Assembly (NCBI GenBank): GCA_951406725.2
Contig: OX597818.1
Coordinates: forward strand, 13,764,001-13,828,000
DNA: 64,000 nucleotides
From: Octopus vulgaris
Lineage: Eukaryota
Direction: 5' to 3'
Shown here: one piece after another, positions 53,448-64,000 of the stretch
How the letters are laid out: each line of letters starts with the position of its first letter
Numbering within the stretch: the stretch's first letter is position 1
Notes under the pieces: generated by a model
The model's input: only the letters and a program-made list of their open reading frames with translations
What the model was told of the DNA's origin: nothing
Database searches by the model: none
Made by a program: the position numbers and the translations under genes

Positions 53448-55979
53448 TTTACAATGAATACCAGTATCAGTGTAAATATAATCTGAATAACTAACATTCG
53501 CAACTTTTACTTATACATATATTTTGAAGAGTCTATGCAAATTACTCGATTCAGTTTTTCTAAGTATAAGTAAGAGTTTCTTTTTCATATTTGACTATAT
53601 ATTTTTCACCCTTTTAAACTGAGTTTGTGACACGCTTTATATAGCACGAACAACTATGTATATGAATTTGAACATTGATAGATATTCTCTGTCAATTAAT
53701 TTCAACTGTAATTTTTTTTACAACTTACGAACACTTCCTTCATTTTATATGAAGAGATATTTTATATAACATGAAGTGCTATGTAATTAACTACTGCAGC
53801 TGGTTTTCCAAAACGCACGATATGTAGTATATTGCTTGGAATCACAAGGTAAATATTAATTTGAGGAAAATTACCCCATCATATGGATTTATATATCAAT
53901 ATTCTATATCAATAAAGGTACGAGTAAGTAGTTGCTAATATGCGGCAAAATTGCTGCAATTCTTGTTTTCTTTGTCCGAAATGTCATGTCACTTGAACAT
54001 ATGCAGTTCTACTAACCGGAGAAACCGATGTGGTTCAGAGTAACTTTATATGTTGCTTCCGATTATGCTCTGTACGATTTACCAGTTACTTAAGATGACA
54101 TCTCAGCTAATAATTGATCTAAGCATGCGGTGTAATTTCCAAATCTGAATCATTCCAAACTGAAGTTAGACAGAATAGAATTAATAATAAATTGATAATT
54201 TCCTAATGTCGAACCTTGGCCAATGCGTTTAAATAAGGCAGCAATGTTGAGTTTTGTAATCCAGTTCCTGATATGTGACACTGCAAACATGCGAATATGC
54301 AATGTTGGCACTCTACGATGTTGCTAGCAGTTTCAATAAGGGTTTGTTCACAATCGGTAACAAGATTTTTTATACTTTTTACATTTCAGTTATCCAAAAC
54401 AAAATCCCATTATTGCAATCTTGTCATCTTGAGAATCTCTAGTTAGTTTGTTCCTCATCCTATTGTTGCTCTACAGCAAGCAGTGCACCCCTGTTGAAGT
54501 CTAATATTTCACATGGTTCGTGAGTCTCACTAGAAGCGAATTCATTTTACATGTCACTCAGTATATAGTTTTCTACAACACCCGAGTCAATGCTATTTGA
54601 GTCATTATTTTAGAGTGACAATAACAGAAATTGCAGCATGTACATAAAGTGATACGTTAGACGTGGATTGCTTGTGAGTAATCCCCGCTAGGACGCAATA
54701 TTTTCAGACGATATTATTATATTCCAAAAACAGTTAAATGAGTCATCTAGTTCGCTTCATCTTTGTATATTTCTTGGAAAATATTTATCTCGGCAAAGAA
54801 ACTGGATAGATATATGAACTCAACAATACGGTGTCATTGAATCAGTGAACACGGTCAATAATATAAAAGGCCAAGAACTAGATAAATACGAATTATATCA
54901 ACGTAACTAACATACATTTGAGTTTATAGGCAATCAGGAATGTTGTGTCTCGACATACAATGATAATAGAATAAAATGTATATGATCGGAAGAACGCGCA
55001 TTGAGTCACTGTAGATTACAGGCCACTTTGTTTGCTACATTTGAAGGGCCTCAACAAAATCCTTAATATTTCTGGTGTCACTAAACGAATCAATAAGTAC
55101 ATTAAGTGCCAAAACTTGCCACCTTAAATGCAAGTTCTCGTTGAGCTTTGTCGTATTTTTTTTCGCAGTATTGAAGGCAAATCTTGAAGAAGAAAGATTC
55201 TTATTAGATACTAAACATAATCTGTGCAGAATACATAGCAACAAAACAAATCTAAGGACGTTCTGTATACATGAGGAATAATCGTAGTTTTGACAACACA
55301 CAATTCGAGTGGTACTAAGAACCTCTTCGCATTTGATCAAATTAAAAACCTTAGAGCCATCTACAAACACTAATCTCCCCCATTTTGTATAATGGGTTCC
55401 TGACCTGTCTGCCAAGTGTTTCTTAGAAGTTGTCCCAGCTCGTACAAAATCGATGGCGAGGGGAAAAGAAGAAAGGATATTGCAGGGTTCCAAAATTTTT
55501 TAAACACTCATATTGTGCAAGAGTACTGCGATATGTTACTGTGAACTGCAGCGTAAAATAACATATTGCGGATATTTTTTCCAAATAGCTGATTCTTTTG
55601 TAGCAAAGAAGTAGTTCCATATATTTCTCTTGTAGTATGGAAGTATTTCCATCATACATACTTCAGTTAAATGTTTCCCTAATAATGCTACTACGTTACT
55701 TAGATCAGCTTACGAGTATTTAGTGTCATAAGATTAATTACCATGTTTGGGCTACATGTGCTGTAGTCTGCACTTCTACCTTTTCCTGATTAAAACAGAC
55801 AACGTCATTAATCTGCAACGAATCCTTCACTGTGCAATGCAACAAATCCTAAGTGAGGCTGCGAGAGAAATAGAGCAAAGCAGAGAAGCAGTCAAAAATA
55901 TACTACGTAACGTAGATCGTAGATTATGTATGTATGTATGTATGTATGTATGTATGTATGTATGTATGTATGAATGAAA

Positions 55980-56425
55980 GGTCACTTTCGAGTGCTACTG
56001 GTAACATGTAGCCCAGTACAACCTGTTTCGTGGTCGGCTCTTCGGCGACTAAACCGGCAACCCCGCCAAGCTTGCTTGGTGAGGATGGTGTTTATTGGAC
56101 ACCCTGCAGGATGAAAAACAAAACCCGTCAAAGGTCGGAGGAACTCTTGAGAGTCAACGGCCACCCAATAAATGTCTGAAGGCTGTATCATGCGCGGGGA
56201 CATAGAAATAATCGGACTGAATACCTGATCACGCAGTTAAACCATTGGGAGTGAAGGGCTCCTAGCCTTTGCTTGGGCATCCTTCTAGGAGAAGGTAACT
56301 CAGGTAACTGGGATAACTCCAACATGCGGCTCAGTGGTTACCGATGATGTTGACTTGTTCTTCTTTTCGGATTATGGCTGCTGTTGCTTAGTGAGTGTGA
56401 TTGATTCAGTGCACAGCCTTTCCTC
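55980..56425 (+). mobile_element. GC-richer segment resembling the 5' UTR of an RTE-type LINE
   Basis: CTAGGAGAAGGTAACTC motif and general composition; follows a (TATG)n tract; no ORF follows. Confidence 0.4.
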
Positions 56426-57079
56426 ACTTAAAAAAAAATCTTCTTGCCCAGGCATTGCACGATAAAAACATTGAGTAAGCTTCGTGCAATGGCCATACTC
56501 GATAACGAGGGGGCAGCCACCATGTATGTATGAACTCGCTGACATACCCGGTAATTCCCGGGAGAGCGGGGCTTATCTCTCGGTTCCGTTCGCATAGCTG
56601 TTTTGCTAATCCAGTAGCAACAATACAAAGTATGTAGCCCTTTAAACGGTTTTTCTGCATTTATTGAGAAAACCAAACTGCCTTACACAGGATCTTGTTT
56701 TTAGGAATTCCCAATATGTTATGAATGCTCAAATTGTGAAATCAATTATGTAATAACATGAAACTAGTTACTCGATGCTAAGAAGTCAAATAAAGTAGCC
56801 CCGAAAAGAGCTTTAATGCGTTCCCAGAGTATATAGAATATAGGAGTAAATACTAATAACGTATGTATACTAAAACCGTGAAGCATGTTACAGTATAACA
56901 GACTAATAAGATATGAGATAACAATTCAAAGTAAATAACTCTGGAAAGGACATTTATACGTTCCCAAAGAATATTACCCTCAGGAGCACTAGTGTTGTTA
57001 TATTCGTGAATAAGTCACGAACCGAAATAAGTGGATCTATTGTTTAGGAAAATACTATTTACTTGTTGACGGTTTCTAC

Positions 57080-58690
57080 TGCATAAATTGCAAAAATAAC
57101 TCTAACAGTTCAAATACTAAGCTGTTGGTGTTACTTGTGAGGTAGCCGTCTTTTTGTAGCCTATAGGTCCTTTTCTTGGTCAAATTAATGAAAGCTTTTG
57201 TATTACATTTTATATTTGTTTCACAATCCGAATTCTTTATCTCGGTACTCTTTCTCATAGGAATGTTGCTCACTTTTCTATTTCTTCATATGTTTTGTTT
57301 ACAGAAGCGACTTTTCATAACTTATGAGGTGTTTCCTCGGGCGATTTGTACACTTTATCCATCGTATCATCAGCATTTTCATTTCCCTGAGAATATTTTT
57401 TTGTGTGTGTGACATATAATTGTATTTCAAATTTGTAGCATATGACCTGCCTTACGAGCATGAAATGTATAAGTTCCATATTTGATATCTGGTGTGGAGA
57501 GTCATTAAACAAAATCATGTTTGAAGATCTATGTCTAAATATATTTCCAGTTTGTTTCATGAAAGTTCAGTGTGCAGAGATTCCGGGCGCCTCTTAAACT
57601 TTGTATGCTTGTCGATCCTTTTTGTCAGAGAAATAATCATCTTTAGCATATTGTGATCCGGAGCTAGTGTCGATGTCACACATTATGGATAATATCAATG
57701 AGGTTTGAAAAACAGAAATCCAGTATATTTTTATCCTGGTTGGCTGGAGCACCGTTTGCTCCATTAATAAAACATTGGTAAGCTGGAGATGGGACTTCAT
57801 GAGTACTTGTTGGTAGTGTGTCATTCGTGAGACCATGACGTTTTTGAGCAATGCTACAATGGTGAAGTTGTTTCGTTTCGTTATGACTTCAATTTTTGCG
57901 AAACATGACTGTGTGGTTTGGAGAATCTAGTATGTGGTATTTAGTATATATAACAATATCGAGTTGTCCTATGTCTACAATTTGAGTCTCACACATTGAA
58001 TCAGAATATGACAACAGGACCTAGAGTGTGAGATCCTCACAGATGTATACTGCCACCCCATCGTAGTTTCTTTCTCTTCTGTATCTATTTTGTGCACTTT
58101 CTATGTATTCTATTCGGTTCCACATTTTGTTTGTCTTTTTTTTGGGGGTTTCAAAATAACCTCCACCTTTGACATGATACCTCCTGGTGTATCTTGGAGA
58201 TTTTACATTTTTGTTTTTGTTTTTTCGTCCATCCTTTTTTGTTCCTGCTTCTTATTGTTTAATTCGAGAAGCTCTTAGTTAAACTAATTTTTTCTTGTAA
58301 TCTTCCTTTTTAATCTCTCTTGTCCCTCTGGATGACTACAGATGTATGGATATTGCCAGTATATTTAGTGTTTCCTTCCTTACCAGGACTTTCGATCGTG
58401 GCTTCGTCTTTGTTCTTTTCGGGGTCTACTGGGTCAAAGAGACATCTGGTTTCCGTTCCACCAATGCCCGCCATTTTCATTATTACTGCAAACGTTTCCC
58501 AAGTTGCATCCAGGATCTTGATGCATGGTCTAATGAAGGCAGAGAAACGAAGGTATTCTAGTTTTTTCGAAACTATCTGGGCTGTAGTTCTCGTATAACC
58601 ATTGCTGTTCAGTGCTGCTGTGATAATGCTACTTCAAATTTCTCCATCAGCAATTTTCCAGGTTCACAACAGTAATTGCATTATTTGAAT
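57080..58690 (-). pseudogene. Heavily decayed LINE (ORF1 end plus APE endonuclease remnant)
   Basis: GVAVYICEDL...SDSMCET, NILDFCFSN...DHNML pieces; Lys/Arg-rich upstream segment. Confidence 0.55.
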
Positions 58691-59009
58691 TCCCAGACAT
58701 GTGTCAGCAATGCTATGTACACCTCACGAAAGAGAAAAGGAGAGGCAGAAAGAAAGAGAGAGAGAGACAAATGATAGGACAGTGACAGAGAGAAGATGAG
58801 AGCGAGAGAGGAGTAGAGAGAAGGATATAGAGAGAGTAAGAGGTGGTTGTATAAATATAAGTATTTATGTATGTCTACACAAACATAAGTTTATAGAAAA
58901 ATAGAGATATATACAGAGAAAGAAAAGAGACTCAGTGAGAAGATGGATATATATATATATATATATATATATTTCAAATAAAGACGTATTACTACCGTTA
59001 TTAATAGTA

Positions 59010-60060
59010 TTAATCTTTCGTCTACCAATGGGTCCAATGATCCCATTTCAGTTTTTTCTTTGAGTTGCTTTTATCCTGCTGTCTATATTATTTTATTCCG
59101 CTGATTTCTTGATTCTATTTTATTTGTCAAATGGGAAATTTTCCGTATGTTTATAAAAGATAGGAAATTTCACTTTATATATTAATTGCCGTATGAGTAC
59201 ATTGGATCACCGAATTAAATTCAGACAACATTCTTGACATTCTAAACAGAATAAAAGCAGTACCAAATATTATTTTCCTAGATAAAATTGTTTTAAATTT
59301 ATATGCTGGATTTTAGATAGAGCATGAAAAATTATGAAAATATTCCACTAATTTTGTGTGGTATTGCATCACCTTCAATCTGCTAGATTAAAAAATGATC
59401 CAATATTTCTATGTGATGATGCATTTCTTACTATATATTGCATCATCTTTCAGAAATATGTGAGACAGCAATATCTGCCTTTAGTCTGCTATCATGTTTC
59501 ATATAGTTCAGTTGTACTTTCTAATATGCCTAGATGTGAAAACTTGAGTGAAGACCAAATATCGAAAAGATTGCTGGAATTAGATGACGAATGGGAAAAG
59601 ATAGTAGTGATCCCTTCTATTGTTCTGGAGATGATGGTGGAAATGATTGTGTGCTGGGCATTTCATGTTCTGTGTCATCAGATAATGAAGATACTCAAAA
59701 ACAATAATCTGCAAGCCACCCAGTTATGAATGAGCAATATGTTTCTTGAGACAGACAAAGCGTTTGGCATTCTAATCCTCTTAAACAAGCAGCAGTAAGA
59801 ACTTCATCTTGCCATATTTTGCGCCAAGAATGTGGATCATCCTGTTTTGCTAAAAGGTTTTGCCATAGCATTAAAACATGTTTTACTATTTTTATGCGCG
59901 AGAATCTTACTGAAGGAATGCGTAAATTGACAAATGCTGAAAGTCAGGTTGCTTACAAAGATAAATGGAAGGAAATTGATCTCTCTCAACTAAAAAAAAA
60001 TTTATTGGACTGATTATTCTTATAGGTGTTTGTAAGTCTAAACATGAAAATATCTTTTGA
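59010..60060 (+). pseudogene. piggyBac 5' end and N-terminal transposase remnant
   Basis: TTAA (59010-59013) followed by a TIR-like TCTTTCGTCTACCAATGGGTC; acidic N-terminus; G.SCFAKR...CFTIFM...TN.E...WKEID...IGLIILIGV.KSK pattern. Confidence 0.65.
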
Positions 60061-60901
60061 TCTTATTGTTGTATCTCTTGTGCTAATTTGCAATCAAATT
60101 TTAAATGAGTTTTACTACCGTAAAATAGCAACGTGGCCTTCTGCCTTCGACAGCCACATTTAAATTAGCACTGTCTGCCAGTTTGATGAGATGTGGCATG
60201 TTGTTAATTGTGTTTCGGTCGGTTTTGCTGGTCTAGGGCAGCAATTTCCAGTATGTGGATTGCCTCCTCGATATCATAGCAGATGGCAGATAAAGCTATT
60301 GTCTTTCTATCTCAAGGGGCATATATTTAATTGTTATTCCAGTTACCCTTCGAGCAATATATGTAGGGATCATAATTAGATTTTCGCATTCGAAAGACTT
60401 CATGGTGAGATCTTTGGCCCGTCCTACAGTGCCAAATCTAACTTCGACAGTGGGAAATGTTTGCCTCTGGTAATATGTTTTTTAAAGGCCCATATGGCGC
60501 TCAAACATTTTTTGCTGTTTCTTGGGTGGCAGTTTCGAAACATTTTGTTTTTATGTTAAGTGTTTTGCACATGATTATTTTTTTTTTTATGTTTCTATAA
60601 TCTTTACATGTGTTTGCAGTTGTATGATGTGTTCTCTTTTTAGCCGCCTTGTCTTGCAAGCATGTCGTTCTTCCTTTGAAAATGACAATTTTTTCTTCAC
60701 CTTTAAAGAAGCGTAAAAATTTTTTTTTAGTTTGTTTGTGTTAGTTGTGTTTTTGTTGGTGGTGGTGGTAGTAGCAGTAGCGGAGGTGGTGTTTGCTGTT
60801 GTAAGCGTTGTTGTCTTTAGTCTATATTTGTTCATGCACTTTACCTTGTTCATATTTTCTACGGCCAAACTGGCTTTCTTGTGTGTGCATACGTCGTTCA
60901 G

Positions 60902-60968
<67 letters not shown>

Positions 60969-61272
60969 TGAGCTAGCGAATTGATGCTGATTTCACCTTC
61001 CCCTACCTTCGGTAGCGGAGGGAATTCACTAAGACAAACGCTGTCTTCTCCGTTAGACTTAGCAATTTTCTAAGGGAATATGACAAAAAAATGCTTAAGA
61101 AGTATTTTAAATTTGGAAATTAACCCCCAAAGTGCGAATTTTCTAGAAAAAGATTTGCTTAGGTCAAATCAGATATTAAACACCTCTTTCACAAAAAGTA
61201 TTTAAGAAACAACAGTTGTTTGCAAACAAATAAATCAAACCTACGAGGAGCCGATGTGTCAACAATACACTC

Positions 61273-61358
<86 letters not shown>

Positions 61359-61415
61359 CCAGACAAACAGACAGACAGATAGATGGAGGGATAGATGGAT
61401 GTATGGATGGATGGA
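61273..61415. repeat. Compound (GATA)n/(GACA)n/(GATG)n microsatellite
   Basis: Directly visible. Confidence 0.97.
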
Positions 61416-62199
61416 GAATATGAAATGCAAATGTCAACTCTGTCAGAATGAATACATGAATTGGAGCATAACATTCCATCACAGGAATTACCGTTTTTAC
61501 CAATTTCTGACCTCTTTAAACTGAATATTTCAGTGAATATCGGGAGAGATATGTGATATATACACAAAGAAAGATTTCCTTTTAAGAAGAGATTCCAATG
61601 AGAGTAGAGCAGATGTAGTGGAGTTTCATTTTCGAGTTAATATAATTTGTATGAGACATGATCTAGTTATTTCTTCAGATTTCAACTTTAAGTACATTAA
61701 AATTTCTTATTGCTGATTTTGGTTTCTTAAAAATGTAAAGCTTACTTTCACAATCGTTTGATGTATATTTGCATTCAGAAATATTGTTTGATTTATATTG
61801 GCACTATAGAAAACGCCTCACCCATTTCGATAGCTTATGATTTACAGTTCGTTACTTTGTGATAATGTAATTAACGACTAAATTTCCGTTCAAAATAGAG
61901 TTATAAAAAAGAAAATTTTGTGTTCCATGAGATGAGCAGATTGTGTGTGAATTTGATCGTTTCACCTTGAATGAAAAATCTTCAGATCAAAATGTAGGTC
62001 AACGTTTCGATTTTCATAAAAAAATATAGACATGACGCATATATGTGTTGTCCTTTGAAATTTAAAGTAAATATTGATAGACCACATTGACCAATTGCCC
62101 TACTTAATCACAAACTTCTGCAGAAAGGCATCATTTGTTCATTATCCTTTAAATCTTAGGTAGTACTTGCAGATTTTTATTGTCCTGTATATTATAATC

Positions 62200-63150
62200 A
62201 TTTGTAGTCCATGAATAAAAAAGTTGCATTCTCTCCCCCAAACCCGAGTTCATCTATATTTTTTTCCTGGCTTATATATGTATGCGCGGAAGATTTTCAT
62301 ATTAAATGATTTTCCTAGCTGCCACAGTAATCTCACTGTTGGAAGATATTGGTTGCTCTTTGTTTCTTTGTTTTGTGTTGTGATTCTGGAATAGTCTTAT
62401 ATCAGTACTCGAAAACCTCGCTTGGTTAGTACATACCTGACATCTGCAAATGTATTTGATGAATTAATTGCTTTTCTTTTTTTGCTTAGGCCAGATCAAC
62501 TGTTTGATGTTATCATTACTTAATTTGTAATGCCTGTTTTTGTTTATGTATGATATCCCATCTGCATTAGTTGCATGTAATTGGTTACAATTCTGCCATG
62601 GTCCTCCATACGCTTATTGTTTTATTTGAAGATACCTGATGGTTTATACTTCAATAAAGTCACTCTCTAAATTTCAAGGTTACTTTTGGTTTTGTCTATC
62701 ATGTATTTTCCTACTCCATTTATCGCATTTTGGTTGTAAAGTAACTGTGGTCGCACAAAAAAAAATAATGAAAAGAGAGGGAAAATTACTTAGCTGACAC
62801 TCCTCCCTAGGATAATTAGTATATTTGCTTCAGTGTGATTTTGGTGTCATGCATTGCTTAGTAAGCATTGTTTTTAATCTGTCGGTTTGTTGTGTGTGTC
62901 GAGGTAAGTAGATAGGGTTTGAAAGTCATTAATTTTGTCAGGACTCTGGATATTTAGAATGAGACAGCCATCTGCGTAACGTTTCCTATATTTCTGATAG
63001 GGGTTTATGGAAGCTGATGCCATGCTTTAGTTTATATTTTTATACATTTGAGCTTCTAGGTGGCCACGATCAGATTCGCTACAATAGTGCCAATCTTCAT
63101 TCCCATCACAGTCTATGTTGTTGTTTTCCCTTCTTTATAATTGTTTGGCC
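62200..63150 (-). pseudogene. Very degraded non-LTR RT remnant (possibly R4-like)
   Basis: Pieces such as KAINSSNTFA and PDKINDFQTLS; otherwise full of stops. Confidence 0.3.
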
Positions 63151-63409
63151 ATTTGGTTTAAAATTTCATTAATACATCAAATTAACAACCGAAGTGTTGT
63201 AGAAAAGCGTCCCGGAAGGTATGAAGTTTGGTAAATATTTCAAACTGTTTTTCTCTAGTGTGGCGGGAAAGTAGCTGACTATGTGTTTCACAAAATGGGT
63301 CAGTAAGAGTTGGCCTTAATTTAGAATGATTTAGCTGCGGTAAGCCATTGAATGTTTATGTATATCTAGGAAAACAAAAGAAGGGAAATGCAAAGGTAAA
63401 TTGGCTCAC

Positions 63410-63649
63410 CAATAAACAATATCAATCATTACAAACATGTTTCATGCCTTCTGTATACCACAATAGTTACAATATATTATCACAACACGTGTATTGCCGA
63501 AAAGGAAAAATAGGTAATATCACGTTTCAGAAAGCAGGATATTCTTAATTGCAAACTGATAAATAACAGGTGACATAAAAACACTGGAGATTTAGTGTAA
63601 GCAGGGAAATGCCAACTCCAATGAAGTAACAATTTGCAAGAATCAAAAC
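63410..63649 (-). other. Candidate host exon (240 nt, mostly 5' UTR, possible start ATG)
   Basis: Strong acceptor TTTCTTTCTTTTCTTTCTGTCTACCTTACAG|G and donor TTG|GTGAGC; ATG TTT GTA ATG ATT GAT ATT GTT TAT TG is open up to the donor. Confidence 0.35.
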
Positions 63650-64000
63650 CTGTAAGGTAGACAGAAAGAAAAGAAAGAAACCATCACTTTAACCGATATA
63701 CGAAAACGAATGGTGGTTTGGGGATTCAGGTTAAACCACTAGAAAAAAATTGCAAAGTAACACAATTACTACATTGAGTTATGCACGTCCATCAGAAAGT
63801 CACTAGCAACGCCAACAGAATCAAACTAACTAAATCAAATGAGAGAGAGAAGTATTCAGCAAGATGCAGATAACCGAAAAGTATCCTCAAGAGCAATTTC
63901 GCGGGCTGTATTGTGAAACTCTCTGTTTCAGCTACATTGTAGACACACTACTATATGTAGTATTGTTTCTGGTGAATCGAGACAACACAACAATGGCGTT

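Noticed and set aside
54880-55700. Possible transposase or host exon
   Set aside because: Coding-like texture but no motif or splice pair that I can support.
55985-56060. HDV-like ribozyme at the RTE-like 5' UTR
   Set aside because: Only simple hairpins were found; the nested P1/P1.1/P2/P3 pseudoknot could not be built by eye.

Overview
AT-rich, microsatellite-dense eukaryotic DNA, most likely an octopus/cephalopod intron or intergenic region (inferred from the SINE types and the (TA)n/(CA)n/(ATT)n load). There is no convincing multi-exon host gene, only one candidate minus-strand exon near 63.4-63.65 kb. The window is a stack of transposable elements. The centrepiece is a young, apparently intact Naiad-type Penelope-like element (PLE) at ~35142-39405, with a 904-aa RT + GIY-YIG ORF on the minus strand. 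It has hammerhead-ribozyme pLTRs and a 145-bp-arm palindrome at its 5' end. Its 5' junction looks like a spliced product in which a ribozyme-containing intron was removed, while the adjacent inverted arm keeps the unspliced form starting about 30 nt after a TATA box. Also present: decayed PLEs of three types (Naiad, Neptune-like, Penelope/Poseidon-like, the last with a tRNA-like Pol III box plus a hammerhead remnant), two R4/Dong-like REL LINEs, a CR1 LINE with an 8-bp TSD inside a foldback element, a composite non-autonomous Helitron, Gypsy, Tc1/mariner, piggyBac and RTE remnants, three tRNA-SINE families and several MITE-like inverted repeats. All alignments and folds were done by eye.
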